The notes: generated by a model from the sequence alone, not told the origin. Positions 9,886-17,743 are shown, counted from the stretch's first letter. The stretch: DNA of 32,296 nucleotides from a virus (IMGVR_UViG_3300017911_001987:1-32296), one strand, 5' to 3'. Program-made: numbers and translations.

Positions 9886-10194
9886 TTACTGTTGTGTTAA
9901 CCTAGCCAATGCACGTTGGGGAGGTACAATGATCTGTTTGCCTGCTGTGAAATCTGCAATCGGGTCTTTCAGTATTTCTGGATTTCTCAAACTGAAAACC
10001 CACCATAATCTGCTGTTGCCATATAATTCGTATGCTAATAAATCAGGTCGTTCCTCATAGGCATGACCAATTTCATATAATTCGTCGTCTGTGGTTTTGG
10101 GTATTTTGGGCAGTGTGTTAACTCCCAGAAATAAACCATCTTCTGTTACTGGTGCATTTTTTAAAAAACTATCAGTTCTGTGTATTTTAGCCAT
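9886..10194 (-). CDS. gp53: Baseplate wedge protein gp53-like (LysM-like)
   Basis: YEERPDLLAYELYGNSRLWWVF...RNP motif. Confidence 0.88.
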   Translation of the reverse strand: MAKIHRTDSFLKNAPVTEDGLFLGVNTLPKIPKTTDDELYEIGHAYEERPDLLAYELYGNSRLWWVFSLRNPEILKDPIADFTAGKQIIVPPQRALARLTQQ

Positions 10195-11120
10195 TATACA
10201 AATCCGCCATTTCCATCATTATACAATTTGCCGTTTGTGAGTTCTTCCAGGTTAAATCTCCTGCGTAATTTATGCGGAGTATATGTTGGAGTTAAGGTAA
10301 CTGTTAAGTTAGTGACGGTGGGCACATATGTTACTTCATTACCTGAGTTACCGTCAGTACCATCAGAATCTGAATTTATACCAGTCACCACGGGCACATA
10401 GTCACAATCATCTGGTAATTGCATAGTATAATTAGTGATCACAACAGGCACTTTGTTAAATCCGTGGTCTCCCATGTATTCAAATAGTAATACTGGGGGT
10501 GGTGTTCCATATCGTCCACTTGCCACTGCACTGTCACCATAATATGCTTTTGTTGCTACTCGTAGGAAAACTAACACTGCTAGCAGATATCTGGCCTCGT
10601 AAGCATCATTGGCTGTGAAGTCTGCTGTTAATGAAAGATCTGGTGCTCTGCCATTCACAAATGTGTTGATAGGGTAATTTGAACCCTGTGGGTCAGCCTG
10701 ACTATAGTTTGCAGAACCACTTAAATAGATTGTGGGTGTGTATTGCCAAACCAGGCCGCCTGTTTCTTCTATAGGTTTAAGCAGATAATCGTTACTGCCC
10801 AGTCTGCTGTAAAATTGTGCTGCACCACCTTTTTTAGGTCGCAATCTGGCTCTCCAGTCTCTGGAGTTTTTCAGTGCACCACTGCTGGGTACAGGGTTAC
10901 CACGCAGGGCAAGTTCCTCATTTTCAGATTGAGCGTATTTTACTCTGATTAAGTTTGCATACGTGTTATCACTATAATCAGGTGGTCCTCCGCCTAATCC
11001 AGGCAGAAAAGCGTCTAACCCCCCACCGACAAGTCGAGGCAATTCGCCTGGCAGTTTGCCTATATCTTCTCGGATCTCTTCTAATACCCTATTTTGAAAT
11101 GCACCTAAAAATCTCGCCAT
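10194..11120 (-). CDS. Baseplate tail-tube initiator (gp48/gp54-like)
   Basis: PPPVLLFEYMG...VPVVITNYTMQLPDD motif; GGAG SD; first gene of the baseplate operon. Confidence 0.65.
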   Translation of the reverse strand: MARFLGAFQNRVLEEIREDIGKLPGELPRLVGGGLDAFLPGLGGGPPDYSDNTYANLIRVKYAQSENEELALRGNPVPSSGALKNSRDWRARLRPKKGGAAQFYSRLGSNDYLLKPIEETGGLVWQYTPTIYLSGSANYSQADPQGSNYPINTFVNGRAPDLSLTADFTANDAYEARYLLAVLVFLRVATKAYYGDSAVASGRYGTPPPVLLFEYMGDHGFNKVPVVITNYTMQLPDDCDYVPVVTGINSDSDGTDGNSGNEVTYVPTVTNLTVTLTPTYTPHKLRRRFNLEELTNGKLYNDGNGGFV

Positions 11121-11138
11121 GTTTATCTCCTATGTCAA

Positions 11139-11146
11139 TATTTATC
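11139..11146 (-). promoter_or_regulatory. Late promoter GATAAATA for the baseplate operon
   Basis: Exact octamer 18 nt upstream of the ATG at 11120. Confidence 0.8.
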
Positions 11147-11152
11147 CATATC

Positions 11153-11170
11153 ATTAAAACTAGTTTTTAT
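11153..11170. promoter_or_regulatory. 18-bp near-perfect palindrome ATTAAAACTAGTTTTTAT (candidate operator)
   Basis: 1 mismatch from a perfect palindrome; 6 bp upstream of GATAAATA; sits between the divergent late and sigma70 promoters. Confidence 0.6.
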
Positions 11171-11196
11171 TGTGGTCAGATTCTGGACGAAAAATC

Positions 11197-11224
11197 TTGA
11201 CATCCTGATAGATATATGTATAAT
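11197..11224 (+). promoter_or_regulatory. Host sigma70-type early/middle promoter
   Basis: TTGACA (11197-11202), 16-bp spacer, TATAAT (11219-11224); AGGAG SD follows; upstream of gp55-gp47-gp46. Confidence 0.88.
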
Positions 11225-11258
11225 AGTAGTATAAATCTATAGGAGCAACTGACATATT

Positions 11259-12134
11259 ATGGCAGCAAAGAAACAAAACTATTTGAATAACAAAGACATT
11301 TTAAAGGAAATACACAAAAGCAAGATGTCACACTGTTATGTTGAAGACGAAAAATATTACTATTATGATATTATCCTGGATGATATTAATGAAATCACAC
11401 CAGAAAACATCAAACAAGCAAAACTAAATCAGGCAAGTCGTAGACAGAGTGAAGCATATGCAGAAGCCATGAGCACACACGATGTCAAGGATTACCGTAA
11501 CAAGCCCAAGCAAAAAGACTTTGCAGTGGACATAGACACTATTGCTGATGACGAAGTGGTTTTTCGTGTGATGACTTATAGTCATGTGCCTGAAGACCCT
11601 GAAAGAAAGAAAACTGTGAAAACTGTTGCTGATGCACACAGTAAGGTTAACTTTCCTCCCTACAAGCATTTTGCATTCCAGAATGGTGAATTAAAAGAAG
11701 TAGCCAGAAGTCACTGGTTGGGTAGCCTGAGCAATGGACACTTTAGTACTACGCACGGCAAGCTCACAAACAAACTGGGCACAATGTTTTTAAAACTGGT
11801 GGAAAGATATTCACACAGATCCAATTGGCGTGGTTACACTTATGTGGACGAAATGCGTGGACAAGCATTACTGCAATTGAGTGAGGTGGGATTAAAGTTT
11901 AATGAAGCAAAATCGGATAATCCATTTGCTTACTACACTGCCGCTATCACAAACAGTTTTACCAGAGTGTTAAACCTGGAAAAACGCAATCAAAACATTC
12001 GTGATGACATTTTGATTGACACTGGGCACTTACCCAGCTTTAGCAGACAAATTGAGCACGAAGATGAAATGCGTAGACTCAGAGAAAATGTTGAAAATAA
12101 CACAGAAGCAGTAGATTCATACGAGGACATTTAA
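11259..12134 (+). CDS. gp55: Late-transcription sigma factor, T4 gp55-like, with a long internal insertion
   Basis: N-terminal NYLNNKDIL and core SNWRGYTYVDEM...KFNEAKSDNPFAYYTAAITNSFTRVLNLEK; conserved gp55-gp47-gp46 order. Confidence 0.88.
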   Translation: MAAKKQNYLNNKDILKEIHKSKMSHCYVEDEKYYYYDIILDDINEITPENIKQAKLNQASRRQSEAYAEAMSTHDVKDYRNKPKQKDFAVDIDTIADDEVVFRVMTYSHVPEDPERKKTVKTVADAHSKVNFPPYKHFAFQNGELKEVARSHWLGSLSNGHFSTTHGKLTNKLGTMFLKLVERYSHRSNWRGYTYVDEMRGQALLQLSEVGLKFNEAKSDNPFAYYTAAITNSFTRVLNLEKRNQNIRDDILIDTGHLPSFSRQIEHEDEMRRLRENVENNTEAVDSYEDI

Positions 12135-13150
12135 TGTCACAATTATTCAAGAAAGCGGCCTGCTTTACTGATATTCATTATGGGTTAAAGCAGAACAGCC
12201 GTGTGCACTTGCAGGATTGTCACAGGTTTGTGGATTGGTTTATTGCAGAAGCAAAAGCCAGAGACTGTGAAACATGTATCTTTTTGGGCGACTGGAGTCA
12301 TCACAGAGCCAGTGTAAACATTGCTACCATGAATGCCAGTATTCAGGATTTTAAAAAACTGAATGATGCATTTGAAAAGGTGTATTTTATTACTGGTAAC
12401 CATGACTTATACTACAGAGACAAACGTGAATTAAATAGTGTGGAATATGCCAGAGACCTGCCAAACTTTGTGATGGTGGACGACTGGTTTGTTCAGGACG
12501 ATGTGGCCATTATTCCATGGCTTGTGGGCGATGAGCACAAAAAACTAAAAAAGATCAAAGCCAAATATATGTTTGGACACTTTGAACTGCCTTACTTTAA
12601 AATGAATGCAATGGTGGAAATGCCAGACCATGGTGGTATTAAAGCAGAAGATCTCAGTGCTCCTGATTATGTGTTTAGTGGACATTTCCACAAACGCCAG
12701 TATAAAAATAACATACATTACATGGGTAATGCTTTCCCTCATAATTATGCCGACGCTGGCGATAATGAAAGAGGGGCAATGTTCCTGGAATGGGGTGGAG
12801 AGCCACAATATGTTAACTGGCCTGATTGTCCTAAGTATTTGGTGTTAACACTGAGTCAAATGTTGGACAAGCATCAAGAACTACTTGACAAATATACCCA
12901 TGCTCGTGTAAAATTAGATATTGCTATCAGTTATGAAGAAGCGAACTTTATTCGTGAAAAAATGGCTGAACAGTATAATGTGCGTGAACTACAACTCATG
13001 CCCATTAAAGAAGAAGACACAGAGTATGAAGGTGGCGATATAAGTTTTGAGAGTGTGGATCAGATTGTGGTTGCACAATTGGATCAGTTGGAAAGCGACA
13101 CTGTGGACAAAAATAAACTTATTGAGATTTATAACGGATTAGAAATTTAA
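12134..13150 (+). CDS. gp47: Recombination nuclease, Mre11/SbcD-like
   Basis: Metallophosphoesterase motifs DIH, GD, GNHD, GHF and SGHFH. Confidence 0.93.
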   Translation: MSQLFKKAACFTDIHYGLKQNSRVHLQDCHRFVDWFIAEAKARDCETCIFLGDWSHHRASVNIATMNASIQDFKKLNDAFEKVYFITGNHDLYYRDKRELNSVEYARDLPNFVMVDDWFVQDDVAIIPWLVGDEHKKLKKIKAKYMFGHFELPYFKMNAMVEMPDHGGIKAEDLSAPDYVFSGHFHKRQYKNNIHYMGNAFPHNYADAGDNERGAMFLEWGGEPQYVNWPDCPKYLVLTLSQMLDKHQELLDKYTHARVKLDIAISYEEANFIREKMAEQYNVRELQLMPIKEEDTEYEGGDISFESVDQIVVAQLDQLESDTVDKNKLIEIYNGLEI

Positions 13151-13153
13151 CAT

Positions 13154-14917
13154 ATGTTAAACATTAAAAATGTAAGTGCACGAAACTTTATGAGTATTGG
13201 TGCACAGACACAGGCTGTAAATTTTGACGGTAATCAGCTCACATTAGTGTTAGGACACAACCTGGATATGGGTGGTGATGGTAGCAGAAATGGTACTGGT
13301 AAAACCACTATCATTAATGCTCTCAGTTACGGCTTATACGGCGAGGCATTAACCAATATCAAACGTGACAATCTTATCAACAAAACAAATGGTAAGGGCA
13401 TGATGGTCACAGTGGAGTTTGAAATTGCTGGCGTACAATATCGCATAGAGCGTGGCAGACGACCTAATGTGTTGCGTTTACTTGTGGATGGTGTGGAGAG
13501 AGTGGATGACGATGCTCAAGGCGATAGTCGCGAAACACAAAAAGCAATCGAAAAGATTGTGGGTTTCCCACATGAAATGTTCAAACACATTGTTGCACTA
13601 AACACATATACTGAACCGTTTTTAAGTATGCGTAACAATGATCAACGTGCCATGATAGAGCAGTTGTTGGGTATAACTGATCTAAGTACCAAGGCTGACA
13701 TTCTTAAAGATCTGCTAAAAGACACCAGGGACAGAATTAAAGAAGAAGAAATACGTATCAATACTGTACAAGCAAGTAATGAGCGTATTGGAAAAAACAT
13801 CAAAGAGATTGAAAGTCGTAGCAAAGCCTGGACTGTGACATACAATGATAAACTGTCTGGCATGGAGCAAGCATTAACATCGCTAGCAGAGCTGGATGTG
13901 GATGCAGAAATTTCTGCACACAAACAGAATGCTGATGCTAAAGAACAACAAGAAATACTGAACACTATCAAGAAAGAGCTAACAAATGCTGAGACCAGTT
14001 TTGAACGCAGTAAAGAAAAACTGGATGGGTTGCACTCAGATTTAAAAAGTGCAAAAGAGGGTGTATGTCCTGCATGTGAACAACCTACTGCACATCTGGA
14101 CACACATGAACAATACACAAAAGATCTGGAAGACAAGATTGCAGAAGAAACTGTGTACAACAATCAGAAATCTGAAGAAATTTCAGAGCTGGGTGAGGCA
14201 GTTGAGTTTATTCAGGTACCTGATGTACAATCAACGTTTTATGAAAATATAGAACAGGCATATGAGCACAAACACAATTTGGAAAGTTTGGCTGAACAAA
14301 TTGTTGAGAAACAATCAGAAGAAAATCCATACATAGAACAAATACAAACTCTAAAAGAAACTGGGTTGGAAGAAATAAGTTGGGATTATATCAATGAACT
14401 AACTGAGCTCAGAGAGCATCAGGACTTTTTATATAAACTGCTCACAAACAAAGACAGTTTTATACGTAAACGCATCATTGATCAGAACATTGCATATCTA
14501 AATCACAGACTGAGTTACTATCTGGATAAAATTGGTTTGCCACATGAGGTTAAGTTTGCCAGTGATTTAAATGTGGAGATTACAGAATATGGCAGAGACT
14601 TAGACTTTGATAACTTGAGCAGAGGCGAACGTAACAGACTTATACTGAGTTTGAGTTGGGCGTTCAGAGACATTTACGAAAGTTTAAATCATCCAATGAA
14701 CTTGTTATGTGTGGACGAACTTATTGATTCAGGTATGGACAGCATGGGTGTTGAAAACAGTCTTGCTATACTCAAGAAAATGAACAGAGAACAAAAGAAA
14801 AATATTTTGTTGGTGTCGCACAAAGAAGAGTTAGTAGGACGTGTGAACAATGTGCTCACAGTGATCAAGGAAGGCGGATTTACCAGTTACAACACTGACA
14901 CAGACTTCGTTTCTTAA
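13154..14917 (+). CDS. gp46: Recombination ATPase, Rad50/SbcC-like
   Basis: Walker A NGTGKTT, coiled coil with CPAC zinc hook, signature LSRGE, Walker B LLCVDE, H-loop VSH. Confidence 0.95.
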   Translation: MLNIKNVSARNFMSIGAQTQAVNFDGNQLTLVLGHNLDMGGDGSRNGTGKTTIINALSYGLYGEALTNIKRDNLINKTNGKGMMVTVEFEIAGVQYRIERGRRPNVLRLLVDGVERVDDDAQGDSRETQKAIEKIVGFPHEMFKHIVALNTYTEPFLSMRNNDQRAMIEQLLGITDLSTKADILKDLLKDTRDRIKEEEIRINTVQASNERIGKNIKEIESRSKAWTVTYNDKLSGMEQALTSLAELDVDAEISAHKQNADAKEQQEILNTIKKELTNAETSFERSKEKLDGLHSDLKSAKEGVCPACEQPTAHLDTHEQYTKDLEDKIAEETVYNNQKSEEISELGEAVEFIQVPDVQSTFYENIEQAYEHKHNLESLAEQIVEKQSEENPYIEQIQTLKETGLEEISWDYINELTELREHQDFLYKLLTNKDSFIRKRIIDQNIAYLNHRLSYYLDKIGLPHEVKFASDLNVEITEYGRDLDFDNLSRGERNRLILSLSWAFRDIYESLNHPMNLLCVDELIDSGMDSMGVENSLAILKKMNREQKKNILLVSHKEELVGRVNNVLTVIKEGGFTSYNTDTDFVS

Positions 14918-14937
14918 CACAATCAGTTTCACAGACT

Positions 14938-14945
14938 CGTAAATA
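14938..14945 (+). promoter_or_regulatory. Late-promoter variant CGTAAATA
   Basis: TAAATA core 5 nt before the ATG at 14951, the same geometry as gp25; no SD sequence. Confidence 0.55.
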
Positions 14946-14950
14946 GAATT

Positions 14951-15376
14951 ATGAGTCCATGGCTACATCAGGGTACCGTAATAGATAACTTACCAGAAAA
15001 TTGCGAAGCATTCGTTTATCTGATCACGAACAAAATAAATGATAAAAAGTACGTGGGCAAAAAACTTGCAAGGTTTAAAACAACTAAACCTCCACTAAAA
15101 GGCAGAAAGAACAAACGTCGTGGTTACAAGGAAAGTGACTGGCGAGATTACTGGGGCAGTTCAGATCATCTAAAGGCAGATGTCGCTGAGCTGGGAGAAG
15201 AAAATTTTACCAGAGAAATATTACACTTTTGCCCTAGCAGAGGAGTTGCTAGTTATTTAGAAGCAAAAGAACAATTTGATAGGCAAGTATTGTTGACAGA
15301 CGAGTATTATAATGGTATAATAAACGTCAGAGTGGGCGGATCAGAAATTTTACGTGAAGCTCTCAACAAGGACTAA
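14951..15376 (+). CDS. Small stand-alone GIY-YIG nuclease-family protein (Seg/EndoII-like catalytic domain only)
   Basis: FVYLITNKINDKKYVGKK (GIY-YIG variant), YWGSS, FTREIL, LEAKEQ, YYN; 141 aa with no C-terminal DNA-binding domain. Confidence 0.85.
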   Translation: MSPWLHQGTVIDNLPENCEAFVYLITNKINDKKYVGKKLARFKTTKPPLKGRKNKRRGYKESDWRDYWGSSDHLKADVAELGEENFTREILHFCPSRGVASYLEAKEQFDRQVLLTDEYYNGIINVRVGGSEILREALNKD

Positions 15377-15444
15377 CTATAAATTGACCAACATGGCTCA
15401 CATGGCTTACACAGACACCCAGTCACACTCACAAGGCATATCAT

Positions 15445-15800
15445 AAACAGCACACAAGGTTGGCGGGCCGGATAGGATTACCGCTGTGGAAAAACTGGCG
15501 AAAACGTAACCAGACACGTACACATTGAGACACACCCACTGGTGTTAAGTATTAATGTAGATTGAATGCTGTCAATCAAAACACTGCAATGCACATAAAA
15601 ACTGTTTCTGTTGAAGCGAGAGAACAGGTAATACATTATGTATGATGTCGACGTAGGTTGGGAAAGGTCGGAGCCCATTGTGTAGCAGATAAACACCTAC
15701 CTTCAGTTGTGGTCGAAAACACTCGTCAGAAGAGCGTTAGCGATTTTTTTATATGAAGCCTAAATCAGGCTTCGTATGGCCTCAACATCTGTCAGAAGTA
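15445..15800 (+). ncRNA. Candidate large structured non-coding RNA (boundaries approximate)
   Basis: About 520-bp gap with no credible CDS in an otherwise dense genome; roughly ten nested helices found by eye, several with G-U pairs on the + strand. Confidence 0.6.
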
Positions 15801-15840
15801 CTTTTAATAATATGATTCACTTGATCGAATATAAAAAATA

Positions 15841-15891
15841 TTCCAACAAATGAATGAACGAGCAAAGCGAAGTGAATGAATGCAGTTGGAA
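15841..15891 (+). other. Tandem G-A zipper hairpin closed by TTCCAAC/GTTGGAA
   Basis: TGAATGAACGAGC-AAA-GCGAAGTGAATGAA pairs as Watson-Crick steps alternating with three GA/GA tandem mismatches. Confidence 0.55.
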
Positions 15892-15897
15892 AGGCCT

Positions 15898-16614
15898 TTA
15901 GGCCTCGACATTTGACATATTAAGATAGTTATAAGTGGCATGCCAATCCGCCACAGGGTAAACACGACCACTACGATCAAGAACTTTCAGAGATAATGTA
16001 TAATCATTTCCGTTTTGATCACATCTATCTCCAAAAAAGTGTAAGTTATCATCAGTATCAAAATCAGTAATAATCTGAGCTTTATCACAGCCTGTAGGGA
16101 AAATGTCTAACCCAGTTTCTCCACCCACTTTGGCAATCACAGTGTCACCAAACATCTGGTTAAACTGTTCTGATATATGTTCACGTTCTTTGTTAATACA
16201 GTCCCAGGTGTAGTATTGTTTGCGTTGTTGTGAGTCAGCATTTCTGCCCACTACACTGAAGTTAACCATGCCGCACCTGTGTTCAAAATGCAAGCCTGTG
16301 CGTAATTCAAACTCACTGTCTGTGAGCTGTTGATTCAGCCAGGACTCCATGTGCTCTGGCAATGTCCAATCAGATCCTCTGATCAGTGTGTCTTGTTCCC
16401 ACACTTCATTACCACTACAGTTGTACACTCTGGCACACAAATCATATATCTGTTTGCCCACTTGTTCCAGCGTTTTTGGTCTGTCGCTGCCAGTGACCAG
16501 ATAAACATCGTTGTCAGTTGCAAACTGAATAAAAAATTTTTCAAATTCAGGATCTATAGTTTGACGGCTGGGAGTTAAGGTACCGTCTACATCAAATAAC
16601 CATTTGTGCGTCAT
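15898..16614 (-). CDS. pmm: Phosphomannomutase, eukaryote-type HAD-IIB family
   Basis: FDVDGTLT, TGSD, EHRCGMVNFSVVGRNA, GGETGLDIFP-GCDK and FFGDRCDQNGNDY match PMM2/Sec53-type motifs. Confidence 0.88.
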   Translation of the reverse strand: MTHKWLFDVDGTLTPSRQTIDPEFEKFFIQFATDNDVYLVTGSDRPKTLEQVGKQIYDLCARVYNCSGNEVWEQDTLIRGSDWTLPEHMESWLNQQLTDSEFELRTGLHFEHRCGMVNFSVVGRNADSQQRKQYYTWDCINKEREHISEQFNQMFGDTVIAKVGGETGLDIFPTGCDKAQIITDFDTDDNLHFFGDRCDQNGNDYTLSLKVLDRSGRVYPVADWHATYNYLNMSNVEA

Positions 16615-16844
16615 AATTCGTCCGATACAGGTTTTCCTGCTTTTAGTTTGTTGTAGTTGTTGATCACTTTCACAGCCATGGTTCTCTCTTTAGAACTCAT
16701 GAGCATCGCGTCCTGCCAACTGATGCTTCCTCCGCTGTACACTGCAATTTCGATCAGGCTTTTTTCCAGTGTCTCAGATTCTGTCCTGAGTTTGTTGATT
16801 AACTTAATAATCTCTTCAGGTTCTGCTTTTGCTAGGAAGCCGTG
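16611..16844 (-). CDS. gp51: gp51-like hub/tail assembly chaperone extension (77 aa), probably expressed by -1 frameshift from gp26
   Basis: Hand translation: HGFLAKAEPEEIIKLINKLRTESETLEKSLIEIAVYSGGSISWQDAMLMSSKERTMAVKVINNYNKLKAGKPVSDEL*. No start codon near its 5' end; its TGA overlaps the PMM ATG (ATGA). Confidence 0.75.
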   Translation of the reverse strand, partial: HGFLAKAEPEEIIKLINKLRTESETLEKSLIEIAVYSGGSISWQDAMLMSSKERTMAVKVINNYNKLKAGKPVSDEL

Positions 16845-17686
16845 AAAAAATTTACAGGGTCAAAACCAATCTCCTGTTCAAATGTTTCTGAACATTCTTC
16901 ACATTCCAACTGAATGGTTTTTATCACGCCAATTTTGTTCACTTCTGCAATACTGTTTTCTATGCTGTGCCCTATACTGCTCTCACAATTTTCCAAAAAT
17001 TCGCGAATTTGATCTCTGTTTGTTACCACAAACTCTTCGCCTTCTGGATCATTGCCACGTATACTGGCCACGCTGTCCACAATTAAATCAAAGTTAAGTG
17101 CCGCAATTTGCATAAAGTTACTGTTAAATGCTTTTAATTGCTCCATCTCATCTTCAATTTGTGCTAAACTCTGTAAACTGCGGGTGCTCTGGAAATTAGC
17201 AACTCCTGCCTTCACTGTGCTTTCGTATGTATACGGTCTGATCTCAATAACCAGTCCGTGATCAGTATTAAACTTATACGAATCTTTCAGTCTGGTCATG
17301 CTGTCCAGTGCACCTTCAATGCTGATAACACTGGTGATGGTCTCATCACATTTTGGACACTTGCCGTTGACTTCTACTTCGTCTCCACCAGTTGCACTCT
17401 GAATAGCAATCAGCAGTGTGTCTACATCGTTACTGATTAATAATCGAGGTTTTTTAACTGCTGGTACACAACTGGCAATCACTTGAGCAACTGCTTCACC
17501 GTTCAGCAATGCATCAGGATTCTTCATGATCATCTCATCTTTGGCAGTCATGGGGAAAATAGCGAGCTCGTTGGTTTCAGGCCACTCTATAACACCTTCG
17601 TCATAAAACTTGCCTCCGGTAGGTAAACCAGTGTACAACTTGGGTGCACGGTAAAAACCTGATAATGGATTTTGTGTGTTTGCCAT
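16832..17686 (-). CDS. gp26: Baseplate hub assembly chaperone, gp26-like
   Basis: LPTGGKFY, PMTAKDE, DVDTLLIAI, two CxxC motifs (CPKC, CEEC), C-terminal NFF; AGGAG SD. Confidence 0.8.
   Translation of the reverse strand: MANTQNPLSGFYRAPKLYTGLPTGGKFYDEGVIEWPETNELAIFPMTAKDEMIMKNPDALLNGEAVAQVIASCVPAVKKPRLLISNDVDTLLIAIQSATGGDEVEVNGKCPKCDETITSVISIEGALDSMTRLKDSYKFNTDHGLVIEIRPYTYESTVKAGVANFQSTRSLQSLAQIEDEMEQLKAFNSNFMQIAALNFDLIVDSVASIRGNDPEGEEFVVTNRDQIREFLENCESSIGHSIENSIAEVNKIGVIKTIQLECEECSETFEQEIGFDPVNFFTAS
16844..16853 (-). other. -1 ribosomal slippery site A AAU UUU UUC
   Basis: Two overlapping in-frame X XXY YYZ heptamers (A_AAU_UUU and U_UUU_UUC) in the Asn-Phe-Phe codons three codons before the gp26 stop. 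Confidence 0.72.
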
Positions 17687-17709
17687 TTAAAACTCCTGTT
17701 AATAAAATG

Positions 17710-17717
17710 GATAAATA
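17710..17717 (+). promoter_or_regulatory. Late promoter GATAAATA for the tape-measure-like gene
   Basis: Exact octamer; preceded at 6 bp by the palindrome-like TTTAAAACTCCTGTTAAT (17686-17703). Confidence 0.75.
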
Positions 17718-17743
17718 TTGTAAAGTGTGATTTATCCACAAGG

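Noticed and set aside
15655-15680. GGGAAAGGUCGGAGC resembling the RNase P GAGGAAAGUCC motif
   Set aside because: Imperfect match and no matching 3' P4 strand seen; group I and group II intron core motifs were also not found.
15478-15696. 72-aa minus-strand ORF in the non-coding gap
   Set aside because: No SD or recognisable motif; the region is better explained by + strand RNA structure.
15744-15777. 11-bp hairpin as a terminator
   Set aside because: The T-run precedes the stem on the + strand, so neither strand has a U-tract after the stem; treated as part of the candidate RNA.
16832-16834. Stop-codon reassignment or read-through of the gp26 TAG
   Set aside because: The downstream ORF is in the -1 frame, and TAG, TGA and TAA all end well-defined genes elsewhere in the window.
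17732-17740. Perfect DnaA box TTATCCACA
   Set aside because: Single copy that overlaps a late-promoter-like GATAAATC; no cluster, so chance is plausible.
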